A stretch of DNA of 64,000 bases. Source: an uncultured Rubrivivax sp. (lineage in GTDB: Bacteria > Pseudomonadota > Gammaproteobacteria > Burkholderiales > Burkholderiaceae_C). The stretch is from assembly GCA_964522465.1 (NCBI GenBank), contig CAZFVH010000003.1, positions 32,338-96,337 of the forward strand. The letters run 5' to 3'. The notes under the pieces were generated by a model. The model had not been told where the DNA came from and ran no database searches. It was given only the letters and a program-made list of their open reading frames with translations. The stretch's first letter is position 1. Each line of letters starts with the position of its first letter. The position numbers and the translations under genes are program-made. This document shows positions 19,763 through 27,850 of this stretch, piece after piece.

Positions 19763-21244
19763 TCAGTCGACCGTGATCTTGTGCCAGCGGATGCTGAAGT
19801 TCTCGACCGCGTCGAGGTTCTTCACCCGGGATGCCGCCCCGACCAGCAGGTTGACGTGGAAGCCCACGATCGTGCCGCCGTTGTCCCACAGGTAATCCTG
19901 CGCCTCGACGTAACGCGCCCGACGGCGTTCGAAGTTCAACTCCGAGCGCGCGCTGTCGAGCATGGCGTCGAACTTCGCGTCCTTGAAGCCGCTCTCGTTC
20001 CACTTCATGCCGCTGCGGTAGACCTCGTTGAGCGCACTGTCGGCCGGACGGTCGTTCCAGCGCGTCATCGTCACCGGGCGCTTCATCCAGACGTTGCTCC
20101 AGTAGCCATCGGTGGGCACGGTAACGATCTTCACGCGGATGCCCGCGGCGGCGACCTGCTGCTGGAAGGCCTCGGCCATGGCCGGCCAGACGGCCTCGAG
20201 CGTGGCGACGTTGATCTCCATGTCCAGGCCGTTGGGGTAGCCGGCCTGGGCCAGCAGCGCCTTGGCCGCCGCGATGTCCTGGGCGCAGGCGCGGGTCGAG
20301 CGGTATTGATCGCGCGGGCCCACAGGGGTGTCGCAGCCGACCGTGCCGGCGCCGCCGGCGGCCAGCCCGAGCATCGCCTTGCGGTCGACCGCCAGGCGCA
20401 CCGCACGGCGCACGCGCACGTCGTCGAAGGGCTTCATGCCGGTGTGCAGCACGATGCCACGCCAGTTGCCGGTGGGGATCTCCTGCAGCGTGAAGCCACC
20501 CATGCGATCGAGCAGCGTCTTCTGCTGGGCCGTCAGGCCCGGCATCATGTCGATCTGCTTGCCCAGCAGCGCCTGGAACCGCGCCTGGGCATCGGGAATG
20601 CCGATGATCTCCATGCGCGCCACGCCGGGCGCGCCGTCGTAGTAGTCGGTGTTGGCCACGAGCACACTGGTGCCCTGGGCATCGAACTTCTCGACCTTGA
20701 ACGGACCGGTGCCGATGCCGGTGGATTTGATGGTGTCGCCCGAGCCCTCGGGGATGACCATCAGACGGTAGTCGGTCAGGATCAGCGGCAGGTCGGCGAA
20801 GGGCGCGGACAGCGTGAGCTTCAGGGTGGTCGGGTCGACGGCGTCGATTCGGCTGACCATGCCGATGGCGGCGCGAGCCGGCGAGTCGAGCTTCGGATCC
20901 TGCACCCGCTTGAGCGAGTAGGCCGCGTCGGCAGCGGTGAAGGGCTTGCCGTTGTGGAAGCGCACGCCTTCGCGCAGCTTGAAGGTCCACTCGGTGGCGT
21001 TGGCGTTGGCGCTCCAACTCACCGCCAGGTCCGGCGCCGGCTTGCCGTCCAGCCCCGGGCGCACCAGGCGGCTCATCACCTTCTCTGTGACGTGGAAGAC
21101 ACGTCCGCGCGAGATCGGGTCCATGTCGGAGGCCGTGCCGAAGCCCACCTCGTGCGCCTGGCGGAAGGTGCCCTTGGGCTGCGCAACAGCCATCACGGCG
21201 GCGCCCAGCAGCAGCGCAGCCAAAACGCCGGAAATCTTGTTCAT
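19763..21244 (-). CDS. ABC transporter substrate-binding protein, family 5
   Basis: MNKISGVLAALLLGAAVMAVAQ signal peptide followed by a family-5 SBP body. Start at the internal ATG 21244 of the listed ORF. Confidence 0.85.
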   Translation of the reverse strand: MNKISGVLAALLLGAAVMAVAQPKGTFRQAHEVGFGTASDMDPISRGRVFHVTEKVMSRLVRPGLDGKPAPDLAVSWSANANATEWTFKLREGVRFHNGKPFTAADAAYSLKRVQDPKLDSPARAAIGMVSRIDAVDPTTLKLTLSAPFADLPLILTDYRLMVIPEGSGDTIKSTGIGTGPFKVEKFDAQGTSVLVANTDYYDGAPGVARMEIIGIPDAQARFQALLGKQIDMMPGLTAQQKTLLDRMGGFTLQEIPTGNWRGIVLHTGMKPFDDVRVRRAVRLAVDRKAMLGLAAGGAGTVGCDTPVGPRDQYRSTRACAQDIAAAKALLAQAGYPNGLDMEINVATLEAVWPAMAEAFQQQVAAAGIRVKIVTVPTDGYWSNVWMKRPVTMTRWNDRPADSALNEVYRSGMKWNESGFKDAKFDAMLDSARSELNFERRRARYVEAQDYLWDNGGTIVGFHVNLLVGAASRVKNLDAVENFSIRWHKITVD

Positions 21245-21382
21245 GCGATGTCTCCTGGTTGAATCAGCGCCTGCGCTGTGCGCATGGGTGTAAACACAAG
21301 AATCCATGCCACCGATGGGCACAACGCCACACCAGCGGAGTGTGCGTGCAGCCCCGCCGCGGAACAAACGACAAATGCAGCC

Positions 21383-21408
21383 CGGATGAATAAAGATTTA
21401 TTTATCCG
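21383..21408. promoter_or_regulatory. AT-rich imperfect inverted repeat CGGATGAATAAA-GA-TTTATTTATCCG upstream of the ABC operon
   Basis: 12-nt arms with one mismatch, nested in an outer CCCGGA/TCCGGG stem. It lies between the LysR stop (21514) and the SBP start (21244). It could be an operator or the LysR terminator. Confidence 0.3.
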
Positions 21409-21513
21409 TGTCCGGGTTATCCCGGGCGCCGGGGTCGACGCCAAGCCAGCCGCCGGGCCCGCCGCAGCCCATCAGCGGCCAGGATGTTCATCGATCACCG
21501 CGCCGCGCCGGGG

Positions 21514-22407
21514 TCACCGCGTCTGCGTCGCCTCCGCTTCGATCCAGGCGCAAACCGCTTCGACTTCACGCAGTGCACGTCCACCAGGACGGGTCAGCAG
21601 GTAGTAGGCCCGCGGTGGGTGCAGGTCCAGGGTCAGCGGTCTTTCCAGCCGTCCGGCGGCGATCTCGGACTCCACGAAGGGAAAGGTGCCCAGGATCACG
21701 CCCTGACCGTCGAGGGCCGCCTGAAGGGCGTGGTTGGAATCACGCATGATGGTCTCCTGCGCGAATGTCAGCTCCGCCGCCCCGGCCTGGCGCAGCCAGG
21801 CGTTCCACTCCTCCCGGTCCCACTGGTGGATGACCGGAAAGTTCGACAGGTCGCGAACCTGACGGATGCCGCCGCGCTCGCGCAGCAGGACCGGGCTCGC
21901 CACGGGCGAATAGCGGATCGCGAACAGGCGCTGCGCCTCCAGCCCGGCCCAGTCGCCGGTGCCCCAATCCACCGCGATCATGGTCGTCAACTGCTCGGCG
22001 TTGGTGATGCGCGGGCCCTGATGCAGCACCAGCTCGATCTTCGGGTGCAAGCGGTAGAACCTGGACAGCCGCGGGATGAGCCAACGCGAGCCGAAGATCG
22101 GACCGACGGCCAGGGTCACGGTCTTGCGGTTGGAGGTGATGTGGTTGTCGACCTCGATCCGGATGTCATCGAAGGCGCGGCTGACCACCCGCGCCAGCGA
22201 GCGCCCGGCATCGGTCAGCAGCACCTTGCGCGTCTTGCGCACGAACAGCTGGCAGCCCCAGTCACGCTCGAGTTGCCGGATCTGGTTGCTCACGCTGGTG
22301 GGCGTGACCCGCAACTCCTCGGCCGCGCCCTTGAAGCTCAGCAAACGGGCCGCGGCTTCGAACGAGCGCAACGCGGTCAGCGGCAGGCGGGCGCGGGACA
22401 GCGACAT
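21514..22407 (-). CDS. LysR-family transcriptional regulator
   Basis: MSLSRARLPLTALRSFEAAARLLSFKGAAEELRVTPTSVSNQIRQLE is the HTH region. It is divergent from the TPP-enzyme operon. Start at the internal ATG 22407. Confidence 0.85.
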   Translation of the reverse strand: MSLSRARLPLTALRSFEAAARLLSFKGAAEELRVTPTSVSNQIRQLERDWGCQLFVRKTRKVLLTDAGRSLARVVSRAFDDIRIEVDNHITSNRKTVTLAVGPIFGSRWLIPRLSRFYRLHPKIELVLHQGPRITNAEQLTTMIAVDWGTGDWAGLEAQRLFAIRYSPVASPVLLRERGGIRQVRDLSNFPVIHQWDREEWNAWLRQAGAAELTFAQETIMRDSNHALQAALDGQGVILGTFPFVESEIAAGRLERPLTLDLHPPRAYYLLTRPGGRALREVEAVCAWIEAEATQTR

Positions 22408-22458
22408 GAGTGTGCAGGCAGCAGCCGGAGCATATCGCAGCAAGCCTCGCGGCCGGAC

Positions 22459-22482
22459 ATGCATCAACATCCGTACATGCAT
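22459..22482. promoter_or_regulatory. ATGCAT-N12-ATGCAT dyad in the LysR/TPP-operon divergent region (candidate LysR box)
   Basis: Two palindromic hexamers sit 12 nt apart, about 50 nt upstream of the LysR start. The geometry is compatible with a T-N11-A type site. Confidence 0.3.
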
Positions 22483-22696
22483 GGGCAGGAAATGATCGCT
22501 TGTCCTGCGCATGCGAGCCCCCTCACACTCCTGCCGAGCACACCCTCGACGCACCCCCGACGCACCACATTTCCTTCCATCTGCAAGCGCAGAGCGCGGT
22601 CCGCAAGATGTCCTCCGCCCGGCTGCCGGCGGCTTCGGCTTCGGCTTCGCCACACGCGCCTTGTCACTTGCTCAACTTCACCGTGAGGAACCGCCC

Positions 22697-24448
22697 TTGA
22701 CCGTCACCCCCCCACGCCGCCTGCGCGGCGGCCACCTGCTGGCGCGGGCGTTGCTGGAAAAAGGCGTGGAACACGTCTTCACCTTGTCGGGCGGCTTCTG
22801 CAACCCGGCACTCGAAGGCTTCATGGAATGCGGCATGCGGGTCATCAACTGCCCGCACGAACAGGTGGCCGGACACCTGGCCGACGCCCACACCCGCCTC
22901 ACGCGCAAGCCCGCGGTCTGCCTGGTCGGCCCGGAAGGCTTTGCCAATGCGGTGCCGGCCATGATGGAGGCCTGGGGCGAGCGCTCCCCGGTGATCTTCG
23001 TCACCGGCTCGAGCACGCTCAAGCGCAAGGGCGCCGGTGGCTTCAAGGAGATCGACGACGTGGCCATCGCCACGCCGCTGACCAAGCACAGCGTGGGCAT
23101 CACCGACGGCACGCGCATCAGCGAATGCGTGGACCGGGCCTGGAAGATCGCCACCAGCGGCTACCCCGGGGCCGTGCACCTGAGCCTGCCGGTGGACCTG
23201 ATGTTCTCGTCCTTCGACGCCGATGCGGGCCGCGAGGAACGTCCCTACATCCGCACGGCCGCGCCGCCGCCGCGCGCGTGGCCGGACCCGTCTGCGCTGG
23301 AGCCGCTGCTGGCCCGCATCGCGGCGGCGAAGCGACCGATGATCATCGGCGGCCACGGGGTGTGGTGGTCGGGCAGCGAGCGCAAGCTCGAGGCCACCGC
23401 GCTGGCGATGCACCTGCCGGTGTTCAACATCCCCTATCACCAGAAGCTGCTGGGTGAGGACCACCCGGTCTACATGGGCCTGGCCGACATCCACCAATAC
23501 CCGCCGTCGCGCCAGGCACTGGAGGCCAGCGACCTCGTGCTGATGATCGGCGGCCGCCTGGACAACCAGATGAACTTCGGCAACGCGCCGCTGATCCCGG
23601 ACACGGCGCCGCTGGTGTGCGTGAACGGCTCGTTCGAGGAGCTGGAGATGAACCGCTCGGCCGACCACGTGCTGCTGAGCGACCCGGGCGCCTTTCTCGA
23701 TGCACTGCAGTCGCTCCAGCAGCGTGGCGCGTGGACGCTGGACAAGGCCTGGTTCGATACCAACCGGGCCTGGCGTGCCGAGTGGGTGGCCAAGACTCTG
23801 GCAGAGCTGGCCCTGGACACCCAGGCGGCGGCCGCCACCGGCGGCAAGATCCACCCGCTGCAACTCTCGCTCGACGTGCAGGCCGAGATGGGCGACGAGG
23901 ATTGGCTGGTGTTCGACGGCGGCAACACCCACTTCTGGTCGGAGATCGCGGTGAACCTGGCCGGCTGGCAGGGCCGCAAGCTCGCCGGCATCCTGCATCC
24001 GGGCGCATTCAGCATGCTGGGCGTGGGCGTGTCCCTGGCCGTGGCGGCCAAGAACACCCATCCCGGCGCGACGGTGGTGCTGATCAGCGGCGATGGTGCC
24101 TTCCTGTCGGGCGGCCTGTCGATCGAAGCCGCGTTCCAGGAGAACCTGCCGATCGTCGTCGTCATCGACAACAACGGCGGGCTGGACTGCATCTCGCAGC
24201 AGCAGGAGCGCCTGTTCGCCAACGGCCGGCACTTCGCCACCGACTTCCGCGACATCCCCTTCCACACGATGTTCCAGGGCATGGGCGGTCACGGTGAGCT
24301 GGTGGAGCGGCGCGAACAGCTCGGCCCGGCCCTGCGCCGCGCGATCGCCAGCGGCAAGACCGCCTGCGTGAACGTCAAGGCCAAGGGCGTCATCAGCCCC
24401 ATCGTCCTGGCCACGACGAGCAAGCGCGACAAGGCCTCGATCGAGTGA
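22697..24448 (+). CDS. thiamine-pyrophosphate-dependent enzyme (acetolactate synthase / oxalyl-CoA decarboxylase superfamily)
   Basis: GGHLLARALLEKGVEHVFTLSGG...HEQVAGHLADAHTRLTRKPAVCLV...GYPGAVHLSLPVD...ISGDGAFL matches the TPP fold blocks. An in-frame TTG at 22697 lies 6 nt after the GAGGAA SD, and there is no ATG near the homology start. Confidence 0.8.
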   Translation: MTVTPPRRLRGGHLLARALLEKGVEHVFTLSGGFCNPALEGFMECGMRVINCPHEQVAGHLADAHTRLTRKPAVCLVGPEGFANAVPAMMEAWGERSPVIFVTGSSTLKRKGAGGFKEIDDVAIATPLTKHSVGITDGTRISECVDRAWKIATSGYPGAVHLSLPVDLMFSSFDADAGREERPYIRTAAPPPRAWPDPSALEPLLARIAAAKRPMIIGGHGVWWSGSERKLEATALAMHLPVFNIPYHQKLLGEDHPVYMGLADIHQYPPSRQALEASDLVLMIGGRLDNQMNFGNAPLIPDTAPLVCVNGSFEELEMNRSADHVLLSDPGAFLDALQSLQQRGAWTLDKAWFDTNRAWRAEWVAKTLAELALDTQAAAATGGKIHPLQLSLDVQAEMGDEDWLVFDGGNTHFWSEIAVNLAGWQGRKLAGILHPGAFSMLGVGVSLAVAAKNTHPGATVVLISGDGAFLSGGLSIEAAFQENLPIVVVIDNNGGLDCISQQQERLFANGRHFATDFRDIPFHTMFQGMGGHGELVERREQLGPALRRAIASGKTACVNVKAKGVISPIVLATTSKRDKASIE

Positions 24449-24456
24449 GCACCCAC

Positions 24457-24813
24457 ATGGCCACCCTCAGCACCCATACCCTGAACTCGATCGACGGCAC
24501 CCATGCCGGGGACGTCGCCGTGTGCCTGGCCCGCCTCGACGCGCAGGGCCGCCGTGTCGTGCTGTTAGACCGGCGCACCGACGCGGGCGGCCGCCTGACC
24601 GAGCGCATCGACCCGGCCCGGATCGATGTCGAGGCCGACCACGAGCTGGTCTTCCAGACCGGCGCGTACTTCGCCGCCCGCGGGCTGCACCTGCCGGGCC
24701 TGCGCCTGCAGCACGAGGTGGTGATCCGCTTTCGCATGCCCGACGCCCAGGCGGCGTATCACCTGCCGCTGGTGATGGCGCCCAACGGCTACAGCGTCTG
24801 GCTGTCGAGTTGA
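24457..24813 (+). CDS. transthyretin-like / 5-hydroxyisourate-hydrolase-like protein with a non-canonical C-terminus
   Basis: MATLSTHTLNSIDGTHAGDVAV...HLPLVMAPNGYSVWLSS follows the HIU hydrolase pattern (STHVLD...HVPLLLSPxGYSTYRGS) but ends VWLSS instead of YRGS. An alternative GTG at 24445 overlaps the TPP gene stop. Confidence 0.75.
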   Translation: MATLSTHTLNSIDGTHAGDVAVCLARLDAQGRRVVLLDRRTDAGGRLTERIDPARIDVEADHELVFQTGAYFAARGLHLPGLRLQHEVVIRFRMPDAQAAYHLPLVMAPNGYSVWLSS

Positions 24814-24897
24814 GAGCCTGAGGCGCAGCCACACGGTCGACACCAGGCGGGACCAAAGCCGCCAGCCAATGAACACCGATCCAAGGATCTCACCGCC

Positions 24898-26013
24898 ATG
24901 TCCACGAGTGGATTGAACATGTCGCGCCGCATCCGGCGCACCCCCTATACCGATCGGGTCGAGCAGGTGGGGGTGCGCGGCTTCTCCGTGGTCAACCACA
25001 TGCTGCTGCCCAAGGCCTTCCAGCCCACGGTCGAGGAAGACTACTGGCACCTGCGCCGCCACGTGCAGATCTGGGACGTGTCGTGCCAGCGCCAGGTGCA
25101 GATCCAGGGTCCGCAAGCGGCCCGACTGGTGCAGTGGATGACGCCGCGCGACATCCGCAAATGCGCGGTGGGCCAGTGCATGTACGTGCCCATCGTCGAT
25201 GACCAGGCCGGCCTGCTCAACGATCCGGTGATGCTCAAGCTGGCCGAAGACCGCTACTGGCTGTCGATCGCAGACTCCGACCTGCTGCTCTATGCCAAGG
25301 GGCTGGCGATCGGCGCCGGGATGGACGTGCGCGTGGACGAACCGGACGTGAACACACTGTCCGTGCAGGGGCCCAAGGCCGAGGACCTGATGGTCGATGT
25401 CTTCGGGCCGGGCATCCGCGATGTGCGCTTCTTCCGCTTCGGCTGGTTCGACTTTGCCGGCACGCGGCAACTGATCGCCCGCGGCGGCTATTCCAAGCCG
25501 GGCGGATTCGAGATCTACCTCGATGACAGTGCCCTGGCCGAGCGGCTGTGGGATACGGTCTGGGCGGCGGGCCAGAAGTACCAGATCACGCCGGGTTGCC
25601 CCAACATCATCGACCGGGTCGAGGCCGGGCTGCTGTCCTACGGCAACGAGATGACACGCGAGAACAACCCTCTGGAGATCAGCCTGGCCAGGTACTGCTC
25701 GCTCGACGGTTCGGTGGACTACATCGGGCGCGCGGCCTTGCAGGCCATCGCCGAGCGCGGCGTGCAGCGCGAGATCCGCGGCGTCCTGTTCGATGGTCAA
25801 CCCTGCCCGGCCTGCACCAAGCCCTGGCCGGTGATGGTGGGCGCGCATAGGGTCGGTCAGGTGACCACGGGGATCTGGTCGCCGCGGCTGCAGCGCAACA
25901 TCGGCCTGTCGCTGATCGAACGCGGGTTCTGGTCGCCGGGGCAGCGGGTCGAGGTGCTGACCGCTGACGGCCTGGTGCGCCCCGGTGAGTTGAGCGCCTT
26001 GCCCTTCGCCTGA
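24898..26013 (+). CDS. GcvT-family aminomethyltransferase, DmdA-like THF-dependent demethylase
   Basis: RRIRRTPYTDRVEQVGVRGFSVVNHMLLPKAF...EEDYWHLRRHVQIWDVSCQRQVQIQG closely follows the N-terminal pattern I recall for DmdA-type demethylases. 371 aa. Confidence 0.85.
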   Translation: MSTSGLNMSRRIRRTPYTDRVEQVGVRGFSVVNHMLLPKAFQPTVEEDYWHLRRHVQIWDVSCQRQVQIQGPQAARLVQWMTPRDIRKCAVGQCMYVPIVDDQAGLLNDPVMLKLAEDRYWLSIADSDLLLYAKGLAIGAGMDVRVDEPDVNTLSVQGPKAEDLMVDVFGPGIRDVRFFRFGWFDFAGTRQLIARGGYSKPGGFEIYLDDSALAERLWDTVWAAGQKYQITPGCPNIIDRVEAGLLSYGNEMTRENNPLEISLARYCSLDGSVDYIGRAALQAIAERGVQREIRGVLFDGQPCPACTKPWPVMVGAHRVGQVTTGIWSPRLQRNIGLSLIERGFWSPGQRVEVLTADGLVRPGELSALPFA

Positions 26014-26149
26014 TGACCGGGACCGATGCCCGGGCGGCCCCCCTCAGGGCCCGGCCTGCCGACGACCAGCGGTCGAGCTTGATCCGCGGGCCCGGCCAGG
26101 GATGCCTCGCCGACCGCACCCTGTCACCCCTCGCCTTCGGGAGGACCTG

Positions 26150-26632
26150 ATGCACGCCATGCGACGCTGGTCGGTACGCCACGCCCGGGGCCTGGAGGTT
26201 TTCTACGCGCGCTTCGAGCGCGTGCTCGTGGCCCTGCATCCGCTCTGGAAGGCGATCGGCTACGAGCGCCTGGAGCGCCCGGTGGCCGCGATCGAGCGCA
26301 CGGTCAAGGGCTTCCTGTTCGACTGCCGGATGTGCGGACAGTGCGTCCTCGGCGCAACCGGCATGTCGTGTCCCATGAACTGTCCCAAGCACCTGCGCAA
26401 TGGGCCCTGCGGCGGGGTGCGGGCCGACGGCCATTGCGAGGTCCAGCCCGAGATGCGCTGCGTCTGGGTCGAGGCCTACACCGGCAGCCAGCGCATGGTC
26501 GCCGGACGAGACGCCATCCAGGTGGTGCAGATCGCCGTCGACTGGCGCCTGGAGGGACGATCGAGCTGGCTCAAAGTGGCGCGCGACAAGGGTGGGCGGG
26601 CGCGGAGCACGCAAGCAGGGTCGGCCCCATGA
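26150..26632 (+). CDS. methylene-THF reductase C-terminal-domain (MetV-like) zinc-ribbon protein
   Basis: Cys-rich core FDCRMCGQCVLGATGMSCPMNCPKHLRNGPCGG...CEV. GGGAGGA SD lies 4-5 nt upstream of the ATG at 26150. The stop overlaps the next start (ATGA). Confidence 0.75.
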   Translation: MHAMRRWSVRHARGLEVFYARFERVLVALHPLWKAIGYERLERPVAAIERTVKGFLFDCRMCGQCVLGATGMSCPMNCPKHLRNGPCGGVRADGHCEVQPEMRCVWVEAYTGSQRMVAGRDAIQVVQIAVDWRLEGRSSWLKVARDKGGRARSTQAGSAP

Positions 26633-27711
26633 GGCTCGCAGACGATCGAGGGCCGGGCCATGCGCTGCCGATCCTGCCCGGCCATGCCTCGTCAGGCCCT
26701 GCCTCGACCGGCCGCCTGGAACGCGTGCTGCTCGCGGGTGGCTTCGCCATCACGGCCGAGCTCGAGCCGCCGGATTCGGCTGACCCCGAGGAGGTCTACC
26801 GCCGCGCCCGCGTGTTCGACGGCTGGGTCGACGCCCTCAACGCCACCGACGGCAGCGGCGCCAACTGCCACATGTCGAGCCTGGCCGTGTGCGCGCTGCT
26901 CACGCGGGCGGGCTATTCGCCGGTGATGCAGATCTCGTGCCGCGACCGCAACCGCATCGCGATCCAGGGCGACATCCTGGGCGGCGCAGCCATGGGGGTG
27001 TGCACCATGCTGTGCCTGACCGGAGACGGCGTGCAGGCCGGCGATCATCCCCAGGCCAGACCGGTGTTCGACCTCGATTGCATGTCGCTGCTGCAGATCG
27101 GGCGCGACATGCGCGACGAACACCGCTTCCAGAGCGGGCGCAAGCTGGGCGCGGCCCCGCGCGTGTTCTTCGGTGCCGCCGCCAACCCCTTCGGCATGCC
27201 CTTCGAATGGCATGCCGAACGCCTGGCCAGGAAGGTGGCGGCCGGCGCCCAGTTCGTGCAGACCCAATACTGCTATGACGTGCCGCGCCTGCGCGAATTC
27301 CTGGCGCGCGTGGAAGGTCTGGGCCTGCTGGGCAAGGTCTTCATCCTGGTCGGCGTGGGCCCGCTGCGCTCGGCCAGATCCGGCGAATGGCTGCGCAGGA
27401 ACGTGCCCGGCATCCACATTCCCGACGCCGTGCTCGAACGCCTGGCCGGCGCCAGGGATCAGGCCGCTGAAGGCCGCAAGGTGTGCATCGACATCATCCG
27501 GGAAGTGCGCGAGATCCAGGGCGTGTCGGGCATCCACCTGATGGCCTACCGCCAGGAAGACGCCGTGCCCGAGATCATCGAGCGCTCGGGCGCGCTCGGT
27601 GGCCGGGTCCCCTGGCACCCCGGACTCGACCGGGGCGCACCGACGCACGAGGACAGTGAAGATCCCGCGCCCGCGGCTGCTTCATCCGCTGCACCGTCGG
27701 GGCCCTCGTGA
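26629..27711 (+). CDS. methylenetetrahydrofolate reductase (MetF-like, MetV-partnered type)
   Basis: FAITAELEPPDSADPEE...ALNATDGSGANCHMSSLAVCALL...ISCRDRNRIAIQGDILGAA...LTGD blocks match the MTHFR TIM barrel. 360 aa. Confidence 0.8.
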   Translation: MRLADDRGPGHALPILPGHASSGPASTGRLERVLLAGGFAITAELEPPDSADPEEVYRRARVFDGWVDALNATDGSGANCHMSSLAVCALLTRAGYSPVMQISCRDRNRIAIQGDILGGAAMGVCTMLCLTGDGVQAGDHPQARPVFDLDCMSLLQIGRDMRDEHRFQSGRKLGAAPRVFFGAAANPFGMPFEWHAERLARKVAAGAQFVQTQYCYDVPRLREFLARVEGLGLLGKVFILVGVGPLRSARSGEWLRRNVPGIHIPDAVLERLAGARDQAAEGRKVCIDIIREVREIQGVSGIHLMAYRQEDAVPEIIERSGALGGRVPWHPGLDRGAPTHEDSEDPAPAAASSAAPSGPS

Positions 27712-27850
27712 CCGACTGTGCCAGGCGCTCGTCACAATCGACGCAGGCCTCCACCCCAACCCGCGCGAGATCCCGGCAGACGACATGGCAACCCGCTGTC
27801 AGCGCGACTTCGATCCAGACGCGTCCGCACAGGCCGAAGACGGCGCACGC

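Noticed and set aside
19559-22686. Plus-strand ORFs 19559-21262 and 21484-22686
   Set aside because: They are shadows of the family-5 SBP and LysR genes on the minus strand.
24445-24813. Transthyretin-like gene as part of a purine/urate degradation cluster
   Set aside because: No uricase, OHCU decarboxylase, allantoinase or allantoicase genes are in the window, and the YRGS catalytic tail is missing.
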